DNA of 47,107 nucleotides, taken from positions 1,922,001-1,969,107 of the forward strand of contig CP128816.1 of the NCBI GenBank assembly GCA_051546255.1, read 5' to 3'. The notes beneath the pieces were generated by a model. The model ran no database searches. It was not told the DNA's origin and saw nothing but the letters and a program-made list of their open reading frames with translations. Shown in pieces: positions 32,324 to 42,862 of the stretch (positions are counted from its first letter, which is position 1; each line of letters opens with the position of its first letter). Both the position numbers and the translations under genes were made by a program. The stretch comes from Meyerozyma guilliermondii (taxonomy: Eukaryota).

Positions 32324-33631
32324 CTAAACGCTGGAAACCGTTTCAGACCACTCTTCCTTCTCCTCAACCTTCTCGTCTTGGTTCTGGGTAATCATTCTTC
32401 TCTTGATGACATTTTCAGAACCAATAGCCCATACTGGGTGCAAAGGAAGGAAGATAAACCCACATAATGCAATCATAAGAGCATCTAAAATCATCAAGTA
32501 AATCTCATGGGTCATCAAGTAGCCGTCAAAACCTTGGATCAATTCCACCACTCTATAAACGCAACGAATGTACACCACAATCACTGCCACGGTGATTCCC
32601 ACAGGAAAGACTTTGAATGCGGCTCGTTGACGTATGTTTGCATATTTGGGGTTGTAAACTGGCTCACGATAAGTCGCTGAATATTCACGAACTGAGCGAC
32701 CATTGCAAAGCATCTTAATATAGTTGGCAGGTGTGGATCTGGCCATGGAATGCATAGCGTAGTCTGGAGGAAGGTCTTCATGATCCACAACTTTGAAAAA
32801 GCATCGTTTTAAGAACACAAACCAAAAGCCAAGAAAAACTGTCATGGCAAACACCTGGAACACAATACCAACAATCATAACGTTTTTCCCCGTAGTGGGA
32901 TCTTCATTGCTACTGGAAGCAGTGGATGCCATGGCACCTCCAATGGATTGAATGATCAAGGAAAGTACATCACATCCAATGAAGAAATAGGAATACCACA
33001 TTGGCTTTAACATGGAATACTTTCTTCCAAATATAACCACACATTGGGCAAATAAAAAGTATATTCCTGCCATTATGAATGCTGGAGCAATGGTCAATGT
33101 CACGAATTGAAGTAAGTAAAAGTCCTTGTTAGTATTATCGCTGAAACTTAAAACTCGACCAAGAAACCCGGCAAATTCCAAACCGTATCCACAAATAAAT
33201 GTGATGTTAAACCAATGAAAACGAGATTTCCACACCATGACCAAAAAGTATACGAATTGAATGAAGAATACCACAAGATAAATAATGTTAGCAGGACGGT
33301 TAAGTGTGGTATCATACAAGTTTTGTTCATCAGCCAATTCCTTTAAATTTGATGTGGCTGCAAAGATAGCTTGGGTGGCTCGAGCCTTAACTGACTCTTC
33401 CGTTGCAGTGGCAAGCACCTTTTCAGCACTAATGATGGTAAGAGAAGCTTGGGCACCTCTAATTTGCTGAGAAATATCATAAAGATCTGCCGTAACGGTA
33501 GCAGTGGACGCTTTCGCAAGGGCAGAAGTCAAAGTAGATGAAAGTCCTGGGGCATGGGTGGTGGCGATTGATTTCAAAGTGGTCAGAGTTGGAGTATGAC
33601 TTGGTATCCAAGATTCAAGAGAAATTGGCAT
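32324..33631 (-). CDS. RTA1/RSB1-family transporter (copy 3)
   Basis: Same motifs; start MPISLESW at 33631 aligns with the other paralogues. Confidence 0.9.
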   Translation of the reverse strand: MPISLESWIPSHTPTLTTLKSIATTHAPGLSSTLTSALAKASTATVTADLYDISQQIRGAQASLTIISAEKVLATATEESVKARATQAIFAATSNLKELADEQNLYDTTLNRPANIIYLVVFFIQFVYFLVMVWKSRFHWFNITFICGYGLEFAGFLGRVLSFSDNTNKDFYLLQFVTLTIAPAFIMAGIYFLFAQCVVIFGRKYSMLKPMWYSYFFIGCDVLSLIIQSIGGAMASTASSSNEDPTTGKNVMIVGIVFQVFAMTVFLGFWFVFLKRCFFKVVDHEDLPPDYAMHSMARSTPANYIKMLCNGRSVREYSATYREPVYNPKYANIRQRAAFKVFPVGITVAVIVVYIRCVYRVVELIQGFDGYLMTHEIYLMILDALMIALCGFIFLPLHPVWAIGSENVIKRRMITQNQDEKVEEKEEWSETVSSV

Positions 33632-34250
33632 AATTTTCCGAATGAATTCTGAGCCACATGCCACCAATATAAATATTTGCAATTACGAGTATCGATAATG
33701 CAGCTCAGCCTTGTATGATCTCTGATTCTTGCATGTTCTAAAAATGGCTGCAACCTCCTTATTGATCTATATCGTCGACACCGACGCACGATTATCTAAG
33801 CGCGTAAGTGCAGAAATGCCAAGACTTGAATGCTGAGGATGTGTCAGATAGCGGTATATGCAGAGTAGAGCACTGCCGTAGCCGTGCGGATGCATGACCC
33901 GCCGCACTGATCTGACTTACAAATTCGTATGTAGTAACGAAATAGCCTATTCTATTGTCTATCGGATATAAGCCGGCTTCTTCGGGCATAATCGGGCATA
34001 ACGGCATGGCGCAGCGTGTTGACAAACAGCCGGTGCGCGTTTGGTTCAAATATAGATTTCTAGACAGCCTTTCCATGCAGCAACGAGGCGTTGCAAGTGA
34101 ACTTTTGATGGAAGAAAAATGAAAAGAGGACAAGATGAAAATAGCTGAAACTGTATACCTTATTTGCGAAAATCTATAATTTTGCAACCGAACGAACAAC
34201 ACTTGAACAAACTGAATCTAAAATTTTTTTTATCTTTTCAATCTTTTTCC

Positions 34251-35207
34251 TCAGTAGAATGTAGGAAGACCAGCAAATTCCCACGCATCGTTGAAACGAA
34301 TGTTTCTGTCCAATTTTTCAATTGCAGCCAAATCTTCAGCACCAAGGTCAAAATCGTTGACTTGCAAATTCTGTGCCAATTGCTCAGGAGTATCACCTTT
34401 TGGAATGACAGCTATTTCGTTTTGAGTAGACCATCTCAAAAGCACTTTTGCTGGTGAAACATTATGGGCTGCTGCGATTCTAACTATGTCTTCTTGTTCA
34501 AACAAAGGTTTACACTCAAGTGCTCTAGGATTTTTCAATTCAAGAAATGATTGAGGACCAAAAGATGAATATGCAATCACCTTAATACCATTGTTTTGAA
34601 CCCATTTTATCAATTGTGGTTGCTGCAAATATGGATGATGTTCGATCTGCAAAACTGCCGGACGAATTTTGGCACTACTAAGCAAATCCATCAAGACTGC
34701 ACCATTAAAATTGGATACCCCAATGGACTTCAATTTACCCTTTTCAACCAACGTTTCCATCACTCTCCAAGTATCAATGATGGGCACATTCTCTAAAATG
34801 ATCTTATCACCATCTCCACAGTAGGTCCCGGCAGGATACTTTTCCTCAAATGGAACAAATTTGAAAGCAATTGGAAAATGGATCAAAAATAAATCAATGT
34901 AGTCAAGCTTCAAGTCCTTCATTGTGACATCAAGTGCTTTTTCAACGTTATCAGGGTGATGATAAGAGTTCCAAAGTTTGGAAATAACAAACAATTCTTC
35001 TCGTTTCACCAACCCATCATCCATGGCTCGTTTCAAACCATCTCCAACTTCTTTTTCGTTGGCATAATCTTGAGCACAATCAAATAAGCGGTAACCGGAT
35101 TTCACTGCCTGATAGACTCTGTCCGCGCACACATTGTGGGGTATTTTCCAGGTTCCATAACCTATAATTGGCATTGAAAGGCCAGAGTTCAATCTGAGTG
35201 GAGCCAT
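34251..35207 (-). CDS. Aldo-keto reductase, xylose/aldose reductase (XYL1/GRE3) family paralogue
   Basis: Catalytic tetrad context [51 protein letters not shown]; atypical IPKGD loop. Confidence 0.92.
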   Translation of the reverse strand: MAPLRLNSGLSMPIIGYGTWKIPHNVCADRVYQAVKSGYRLFDCAQDYANEKEVGDGLKRAMDDGLVKREELFVISKLWNSYHHPDNVEKALDVTMKDLKLDYIDLFLIHFPIAFKFVPFEEKYPAGTYCGDGDKIILENVPIIDTWRVMETLVEKGKLKSIGVSNFNGAVLMDLLSSAKIRPAVLQIEHHPYLQQPQLIKWVQNNGIKVIAYSSFGPQSFLELKNPRALECKPLFEQEDIVRIAAAHNVSPAKVLLRWSTQNEIAVIPKGDTPEQLAQNLQVNDFDLGAEDLAAIEKLDRNIRFNDAWEFAGLPTFY

Positions 35208-35292
35208 TGAGTGAATTGATGAATAGAACAGCTCACATCCTTTGGGTTTCCTTTTATATTCGAAAAATCTCTCCGATAGATGTTGCGAAAAA

Positions 35293-35320
35293 CGGCCGAA
35301 AACGGCTCCGAAAAGTGGGG
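35293..35320. promoter_or_regulatory. CGG/CCG triplets and Mig1-type AAAAGTGGGG box upstream of the reductase
   Basis: cggccgaaaacggctccgaaaagtgggg; TATAAAAG on the minus strand at 35251-35258. Confidence 0.45.
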
Positions 35321-35862
35321 TTGCTGGATTACTATGGGTGCAAAAAGTTGAGCGATAAGTTGATGATTGTTGCTTTTTATCATTCCAAAACCAACAATTA
35401 ATGCGGGTTTATCCTCAAATACGTTGAGCAGAGGCTCAGTTTTCAAAAATAGCTTTCTCCTGATTTCTCTGGCAAAGAGAGAGGTTGTCTTTACCAAAAG
35501 AAAGAAGTGACCACAGAGGTATTGGCTCCCCTTGAGAATACCAGAGTATCACTTGCTTGCTCAATCTCTGCTCATGTTGCTCACTCTCTGCTTTAAAGCT
35601 ATGCGATTCTTATTGATCGGGCAATGAATGGAATCCATACTACCTCCTTCAATTGTGGATAGCACTGGAAAAGTCGTTGAATGAATTGAACTTTACCGTC
35701 CCTTAAGTACAGTGTTCTACTGGTTTTATTATGTCTAAGAATGAGGTCTCATTCAGCAACTGCCCAAAGAATTTCAAGTTCTCTATCAAAAGTAGCTAGA
35801 GGCATTGGTTGCGAGGATAATTTTCCTATTATAATATGCAATTAGATACTTATGAACCTCCC

Positions 35863-36762
35863 TTACGAAGTCGCTATGTTGGTCAACGGCTCTCGTTCTT
35901 GCTCCTGTTCGTATTCTATTTCCACTCTTGGACGTCTCTTTCTCTTCTCATTAGATTCTGGTGCCTTCCGCTTTCCACCACTTACTTCGTCATCACTGCT
36001 ATCAGATTCCGAATCTTCTGACGAGTCTCCAAGCCACTGTTCCAAGTCTTCCAAATCAACCAACTCATCCTCTCCATCATCTTCAACATATTCAACCTCA
36101 CCCACATCACTCTCGTCATCACTAATAAGATCAACTTCGTCCTCATCATCAAATTCCTCTTCCTCGTCTTCAGCTTCGTCAACCTTCCCAAGAACTTTTT
36201 TCCAGATGTTTTCATCTACATTCAATGGCTTGTCACCATAAGCTCCACTCTTTAATCTTTCAAGTAATTCTTTTTCGATGGCCTTCTCAATCTTGGCGGC
36301 TGCAAGTGCCTTACGTTCACGATTTTCCTCTCTTCTCTTGACCTTTGGTTTCACACCAACGTAGTGTCTCTCCTCCTCCTTTAATGCTAGTCTCCTCTCG
36401 GTAATGGCCACCTGGGTCAACCTTGTTAATCTCTGTTTGCACTTGTGGATCAAGAATTTTTGCCAATATTGCAATCGTCCATCTATTTGTTCAAGAGCTT
36501 TATTATAGTTTTTCAGAAGACGGATCCTCTCCCACCATTTCGATGGCATGTGTGCTCTCTCGGCTGTTTTCATATACAAGTATAGTTTCCCATCTACATT
36601 TTTCACGGTTGCATAACGAGCATTTGCAAGTGGACACGATTGACGATTACACAAACCAGACACATTGTATTCGTTCCTGCAAAAGTTCTGGTTCGTGGTT
36701 GTTTTGATCTTGAAGGCGCAGAACTGGTGGTTGATAACCTGCCAAATAACCTCGTCAGACAT
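35863..36762 (-). CDS. MAK16: 60S ribosome biogenesis protein Mak16
   Basis: [50 protein letters not shown]; acidic tail. Confidence 0.97.
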   Translation of the reverse strand: MSDEVIWQVINHQFCAFKIKTTTNQNFCRNEYNVSGLCNRQSCPLANARYATVKNVDGKLYLYMKTAERAHMPSKWWERIRLLKNYNKALEQIDGRLQYWQKFLIHKCKQRLTRLTQVAITERRLALKEEERHYVGVKPKVKRREENRERKALAAAKIEKAIEKELLERLKSGAYGDKPLNVDENIWKKVLGKVDEAEDEEEEFDDEDEVDLISDDESDVGEVEYVEDDGEDELVDLEDLEQWLGDSSEDSESDSSDDEVSGGKRKAPESNEKRKRRPRVEIEYEQEQEREPLTNIATS

Positions 36763-36788
36763 GATGGGGATTGAAAGATTTCGAGATG

Positions 36789-36796
36789 CTCATCGC
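36789..36796 (-). promoter_or_regulatory. PAC element (GCGATGAG) upstream of MAK16
   Basis: ctcatcgc ~27 bp upstream of the ATG of a ribosome biogenesis gene. Confidence 0.65.
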
Positions 36797-37362
36797 AAAA
36801 AATGTACCCGGTTACGTAAGCGGCACATCGAAATCATTTCCATATCGCGGTTCAGAGTTAAGGCCGGCACAGATCACGCATGGATATGGTTTGACTGTTG
36901 ATGAATCTTTTTGGCAGAACCCCTTGGTGCTATCATTAAATGCCACTTGAGAAAAACTGTATGAAAGGGTGTCAAGAAGGCTGGAATTGACTTCGAAGAA
37001 CACCCTAGTAGGTTGTGAAAGATGGATGGTCGGCGATGATGATGGTGCAAACCTCGGCCTCGTAGTCTCCGGTCTGGTTTGAGACGGTAAACGACGCTCA
37101 AACAATCTTCAAACTTGTTATTGAAAAACGAACAGGAAATTTGCAACCAATATCGACTAGTGTCGTCTTGTGATACTGTTATCATAACCAAGAAAGACAC
37201 GAAGAACGATTCTCCGATGACTCAAATTGACCGTTATGTTCCTTACAATAAAGGCTGAATAAGCGGTATGCAAAAGGTATTGGCCGCTTCATCTTCAACT
37301 GGTATCGATGATGGCAATTACCTTTAACTCTACAACAAACAAGAACACACTAGATTCACTAT

Positions 37363-39870
37363 TTAAAGACCATGCCAGTACTTGGTTTCCTTCACGGTGA
37401 ATTCCGCGATCAACTCAATATCATCACTACTTGATCCAACGTGAACCTCATAGTTACCCTTCTCAGCACACCAAGCGTTCTGGTACTCGTCAAAGTAAGA
37501 AATGGAATCCTTCAAGGACAATGTAAATGAAGCAGTAGCCAGCTTGCCCAGTTTGATTGGTAACTTGGTGAATTCCTTCAATTCTTTTACTGGACGATTA
37601 ATCGAAGAAGATTTGGGTGCAATGTAAACCTGTACAGCTTCTGCTCCGTCGATGTCACCTGTATTCTTGATGGTTGCAGAAACCTTAATTTCCTTGTCGT
37701 CTGCGGTCACCTTCAAGTCGGAGTACTCAAACTTGGTGTATGATATACCGTAGCCAAAGGGGAATGCCACCTGTTTCTGCAACTTTTCGTAGTACCGGTA
37801 TCCAATAAAGACGTCTTCACCATAGAGAACTCTACCCTTTTCAGTTCTGAAATTGAGGAAAGTAGGGTTGTCCTGAACACGAAGTGGCCATGATAAGCCT
37901 AATTTTCCACTGGGGTTGACATCGCCGAAAAGAACATCGGCAATTGCATTTCCAGTCTCATTACCACCGAACCAAGCATGCACTAATGCCTTGGCTTTCG
38001 AGAGCCAAGGGAACTCGACGGGAGTTCCCGACTGGTTTACAACCACCGTATTCGGATTGGCTTCAAGAACCGCACTAACCAAGTCGTTGGTGTAACCAGG
38101 CAAGTCCATATTAGGTCTGTCAAAACCTTCACTTTCCCATTCTTGAGTCAATCCAATCGATAAAACCACCTTGTCGACGGACTTGGCAATTTCAACTGCC
38201 CTGGCGATTTCCTCCTGTGGATCGATAATCTGGGCGAACCCAAAACGCACAGCTCCACCTCCACCGAAATCAACTGAATCTTGAGTCTTGATGGTGGATG
38301 TAGGAGCAGAACCGAACTCCACTCTTATCTTATTGTTTGCACCTTTTTCCAACTTGATGGTTCCCTTCTGCTCAATTGTGCCTAAGTTGAAAAACGCATC
38401 TCCTCCAACTTGGTCCTTGGTGTTGTCTACCACAAGTTTATTGTTAACAAACAATTGTGCACTTCCCCACACCGTCAAGCCAAACTCATGCTCGCCAGAT
38501 TCATCCACTTCAAATTCACCTTCGATATCGGCCCAGAACAAATTTCCTTTTAAATTTTTGTTGTAGTAGTCTGCCAAAAATGCCTGAGAAGTGTCGATAT
38601 CCACCTCGTCAAATTGAGTTCTTGTCTTTTCTGTAGGAGGCTCGTGGAAGAACTTCATGTTGAGTCCCATTCCACCGGTTACAGGGTTTTTGGTGATTCT
38701 TCCCATATCTGGCAAGGTTTTGTGGCTATGAGCACCAGTGGTATATGGAGGCTCTTTTCCCAATTTTTTGGTGATACCCTCGTATGGGGTCACCGTATAG
38801 TAAGCTCTCAATGAAGCAGAACCACCTCCGCAGTACGCAGCTATCTTTGCGTTGGGACCAATAACAGCAATTTTTTCATTTTTTTGCAATGGTAAGATGC
38901 CCTCGTTTTTCAATAACACAATACTCTCTCCAGCAACTTCACGAAGGTGCTTTGCTGTTTCCTCAGTGTTGTTTTTTTCGTCTTCAGGACAATCCTCAGG
39001 AATTCCAGAGTCAAGCGCATACTTGATTATTTCCAACACATTACGAACTCTGGCATTGAGATCGTTAATGTGCAACTCTCTGGTTTGGATCATATGGCCC
39101 ACAGCAGCTTGAGTTCTGAATCTGGTAGGACCAGGCATTTCCAAATCCAATCCGTTTTCAATCGAGGTGTTCGTGGTATAAGTTCCGAACCAGTCAGACA
39201 TCACAAGTCCATTCCAATTCCACTCTTTTCTCAATATCTCGTCAATGTAGAGTTTTGATTGAGAAACATGTTCTCCATTAACTTTGTTGTAACCAGTCAT
39301 GAAAGCCTTGGGATTCGCGTGCTTGACTGCCAAGCGGAAAGGCTCCAAGTAGATTTCACGCATTGCACGAGGAGTAACAATTGAGTCACTAGCATTACGC
39401 TCGTGTTCCAAATCATTACCAACATAGTGTTTGATGGTGGCTGCAACATGTTCGCTTTGCACACCATTGACAATGGCAGCAGATACCATTCCAGCCAAGT
39501 ATGGGTCCTCACTGAAAGACTCGAACCCACGGCCCCCTAAAGGTCCTCTTTGCATATTGGTGGTAGGTCCCAACAAAATATGGGCACCTTTATGTTTGGC
39601 TTCTTCTCCCATGAGCTTACCACTTTCATTTAACAACTCCTTGTTGAAGGTTGAAGCCAACGCAGTTCCACATGGAAAGCAAGCGGACTTTACTCCATTA
39701 AAAAATCTGGTTCCTCTGACACCATTGGGGCCATCACTAGTTCGAATCGATGGAATATTTAACCGCTTGACTGGTACTGTATGCCAGAAATCCCGACCAG
39801 CCAACAAGCTAATTTTCTCATCCAAAGTCAATTGCTGTAAGATTTCTTCAACATCAAAGTTTTTCGACAT
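37363..39870 (-). CDS. Intracellular GH3 beta-glucosidase with PA14 and FnIII domains
   Basis: SDGPNGVRG, RGFESFSEDP, IKHYVGND, VMSDW (nucleophile), WESEGFDR, FPFGYGISYT; no signal peptide. Confidence 0.94.
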   Translation of the reverse strand: MSKNFDVEEILQQLTLDEKISLLAGRDFWHTVPVKRLNIPSIRTSDGPNGVRGTRFFNGVKSACFPCGTALASTFNKELLNESGKLMGEEAKHKGAHILLGPTTNMQRGPLGGRGFESFSEDPYLAGMVSAAIVNGVQSEHVAATIKHYVGNDLEHERNASDSIVTPRAMREIYLEPFRLAVKHANPKAFMTGYNKVNGEHVSQSKLYIDEILRKEWNWNGLVMSDWFGTYTTNTSIENGLDLEMPGPTRFRTQAAVGHMIQTRELHINDLNARVRNVLEIIKYALDSGIPEDCPEDEKNNTEETAKHLREVAGESIVLLKNEGILPLQKNEKIAVIGPNAKIAAYCGGGSASLRAYYTVTPYEGITKKLGKEPPYTTGAHSHKTLPDMGRITKNPVTGGMGLNMKFFHEPPTEKTRTQFDEVDIDTSQAFLADYYNKNLKGNLFWADIEGEFEVDESGEHEFGLTVWGSAQLFVNNKLVVDNTKDQVGGDAFFNLGTIEQKGTIKLEKGANNKIRVEFGSAPTSTIKTQDSVDFGGGGAVRFGFAQIIDPQEEIARAVEIAKSVDKVVLSIGLTQEWESEGFDRPNMDLPGYTNDLVSAVLEANPNTVVVNQSGTPVEFPWLSKAKALVHAWFGGNETGNAIADVLFGDVNPSGKLGLSWPLRVQDNPTFLNFRTEKGRVLYGEDVFIGYRYYEKLQKQVAFPFGYGISYTKFEYSDLKVTADDKEIKVSATIKNTGDIDGAEAVQVYIAPKSSSINRPVKELKEFTKLPIKLGKLATASFTLSLKDSISYFDEYQNAWCAEKGNYEVHVGSSSDDIELIAEFTVKETKYWHGL

Positions 39871-40159
39871 TGTAAGTCAATTGGTACCAAAATGATGGAA
39901 AAAGTGCCACTTTATAGTTGATCGGCAAATACGATACCCCGATACCCGCGGGGGCCAAGACGCACTGCTTGCGGTAACTTTCCCAGAAGCCGTCCCAAAA
40001 GGGAATGTTTGCCGCAAGTGGGACAAATGCGCGGAATAATTCCCCCGATTATCGGGGTAATGTGGGGAAATGTTGAGCTGCGATCCGAAAATTATACGAG
40101 CATTAAAGCGAAGTACCATCTGAATATTTGTAATCGTGTGTTGTCGCCGTGGACCATGA

Positions 40160-42301
40160 TTATTCCAAGTCGTGAATTTCGGAATCTAAACTTGCGAAAA
40201 CATTGTCAAAGTTAATCATAGTTTCGTTTCTCCACATTTCTTCAAGATTGAAAAATACATCATTGAATTGATCAGGCAAAACCAGTTGGTCATTAACATC
40301 CATTAGGATGGGGTAGTGGGCTCGGAAATAATTCAATACGTGTTTCATACCCCAGGAAACACTGTAGCCTGTAAAATATGTAGAAGCCAATTCTTTACTA
40401 GAGTCGTGAAGATGCTGTAACTTTTTAAGCAAATTGCGAAGTCCAACTTGTTCGTTATCAAAATCAATGTCCAACCATGTAACAAGCCCGGAAGAGTCAG
40501 GAGATCTGAAATTTTTCATTGCACTGTTCAACGAAAGTGTTCCATCCATGGATCGTAAAATTATCGAACTTGTAAATACCATGGTTCGATACAATGATAG
40601 AAATATACTTTGTGCAATCAACTTTTCCAATTGAGGGCCGAAAAATGAACATGGTGTGTCACAGAATGCAAGTCCTATCCTGAGAATAATAAGACAATTT
40701 TCAATCACAGTAGTGAAATACATTTCCTTCAAATGTGACTCAAGGAAATCATCAGCAGAAGCGTAGAGTAAAAAATTGATGATGAAGATCTTGTAGGTTA
40801 AATCTAACCGTAAGCAGAATTCAAGCGCTCGATCACAAGCATTGTTATCTACCACGTCTTCAACATGATATAGTTGGTCGAACATTCGGATTTTGTTACA
40901 CAATAGAAGCTTGATCTCGTTGGCCAGTTCTAAAAGTGATGACCTTTTGGTGGAGTCACCTTTTCCCGTTGCTTTAATAAGTTTTCTTATGATTTGGGAT
41001 ACCTGAGCTTTCAATGCAAAGTTCCTTAGAATAAGTGGCTGTTCTTCGACGACTGAAAAATTTGGTGTGTCCAAAAATGGGAAGTTGTCCTCTTCATGAA
41101 TTATTAATTGACCTCCCAAATTGAATGTTTGTGATGCATCCATGAACACTAGTTGAGCCCATATCTTGCTCCACAAATGTTTTGTTTCCTCATCAACAAT
41201 GCTACACTCGTATGATTTAGGATCCCTATGAATTCCATGAATTCTCGCCATCTGTACTAGAGACCCTGTCAAAATACTAGACTCAGTTCCTGATTCGTTT
41301 GATTCAGGGCAGTACAGTCTGTATGTTCGTAATAGGAGGGCAGCCTGAATTGCTCTGAGAGTTAATTTGTTAAAGCATCCAGCAGCGAACACGAGGATAT
41401 TGGCTCGACTGATATATGAGGGTCGGATTTCAATCAGCAGCCCTATCATCTCTTTCATCATTTGGTGGATATTCCCTTGAAGATTGTTGGAATAGTATCG
41501 TTTAAAAGGAAGCGTGAGATAAGCGAACCTCATCATGATCAAGACCAAAGCAATTGTACTTTGAAACAGTCTGCCTTCCAGTGTAAGTACTGTGTGGCCT
41601 CCCCTTTGAACGAGTGCTATCTTTACCTCCTCCATGAAAGAAGACTTGTTTATGAATGGAGCAAAAGGATAGCATATCTCGAAAAAACGATCCAAAAGAA
41701 ACATGACAATGTTTAATGAAGGTAAATCAGAGACAACTTTAGACGCATCCGGGGGCTTTCCACTATCGGAGCATAGTTTTCTGGGGCAGGGAATCTCATA
41801 TTGTTCTCTGTAGCCTTGTAATTGTTCTCTCGTATAGTCCTCGAACATTGTTTTGGAATAAGTGTCATTCATAAAGATAGATGTGTGCGAAGTGGGGCCA
41901 AAATAGAAGAGGATCGAATTCTTCACTGTGAGACCATCAAATGCCTTGCTTAATTCGAGTGTTATATCATCTTTTTCCGGTTGATCATTGACCAAAGTAT
42001 TGTCTGAACTGAATGAAGAAACGTTCAATTGTTGCTGTTGCATTTCCACGATTTGTTCTAATGTCCTCACCTTGTCACGTAGCTCGTCGAGTTCTTTCTG
42101 GGTTTCCAGATCGTGGTCCATTGACATCCATGGATGCTTCTCATAAGTACATAAATCGGTATTTCCAAAAGTGATACAACTATTGCAAAAAGGCTTGTTT
42201 TTATCGCATTTTGTTTTGCGCCTTCTACACATGTAGCATGATATGGGGACCCTGGCTCTGGCCCTTCGTCTTTTTTCTTGATCACTTCGAATACTCGCCA
42301 T
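40160..42301 (-). CDS. Zn(II)2Cys6 transcription factor with fungal middle-homology region
   Basis: SCYMCRRRKTKCDKNKPFCNSC..C zinc cluster, coiled coil, YFGPTS, ARIHGIHRDP. Confidence 0.92.
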   Translation of the reverse strand: MASIRSDQEKRRRARARVPISCYMCRRRKTKCDKNKPFCNSCITFGNTDLCTYEKHPWMSMDHDLETQKELDELRDKVRTLEQIVEMQQQQLNVSSFSSDNTLVNDQPEKDDITLELSKAFDGLTVKNSILFYFGPTSHTSIFMNDTYSKTMFEDYTREQLQGYREQYEIPCPRKLCSDSGKPPDASKVVSDLPSLNIVMFLLDRFFEICYPFAPFINKSSFMEEVKIALVQRGGHTVLTLEGRLFQSTIALVLIMMRFAYLTLPFKRYYSNNLQGNIHQMMKEMIGLLIEIRPSYISRANILVFAAGCFNKLTLRAIQAALLLRTYRLYCPESNESGTESSILTGSLVQMARIHGIHRDPKSYECSIVDEETKHLWSKIWAQLVFMDASQTFNLGGQLIIHEEDNFPFLDTPNFSVVEEQPLILRNFALKAQVSQIIRKLIKATGKGDSTKRSSLLELANEIKLLLCNKIRMFDQLYHVEDVVDNNACDRALEFCLRLDLTYKIFIINFLLYASADDFLESHLKEMYFTTVIENCLIILRIGLAFCDTPCSFFGPQLEKLIAQSIFLSLYRTMVFTSSIILRSMDGTLSLNSAMKNFRSPDSSGLVTWLDIDFDNEQVGLRNLLKKLQHLHDSSKELASTYFTGYSVSWGMKHVLNYFRAHYPILMDVNDQLVLPDQFNDVFFNLEEMWRNETMINFDNVFASLDSEIHDLE

Positions 42302-42862
42302 CAGTGTGTTAGATTAATCAGTTGCGAAAATATATCTAGTTTGCATATAATATTAGACAAATCGCGAAGATTTGGGAAGATTAAGATTCATGCCATACTG
42401 CTCGAAGATTCAATTGATTTTCATGAAATAGTCTCTATCATCCTTTAGCCACTAAATTTTCAAATCTGAAGAGACACAAGTTCCCTAAATTCAATTTTTT
42501 CTCTGAATTTGACGTACGGCACATGTACGGCGCCTATATGAACAAGGACAAACTGTAGGAGATAAGTTTACGTTCTTCCACTCCATGTCAGCACAAATGG
42601 AGAATTACAACTTCAAGTTGATGATGAAAAAGTGGCATCAAGCTGACAAAAGAAGCAAGAATTTGAACCAGGTTAAACATTCCAAGCTCCATTCACGTCA
42701 AAACAAACTGCCTTCTTGAAAAGCCGTTGTGCAGAAAATCGTTATCTTATCTCTATTGCAACCGATGTTGAAGTGCTGTTACGGAGTAAGATTCCACATT
42801 TGGCTGAATATCAATGGCTTGTATCGTGGTATATATTGAGAAAACATGCTTGACCAAAACTA

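Noticed and set aside
42540..42720. ATGATGA...CTGA motif or short ORF between the Zn-cluster gene and the SAP pseudogene
   Set aside because: The boxes are only ~15 nt apart with no guide, and the ORF is short and unrecognisable.
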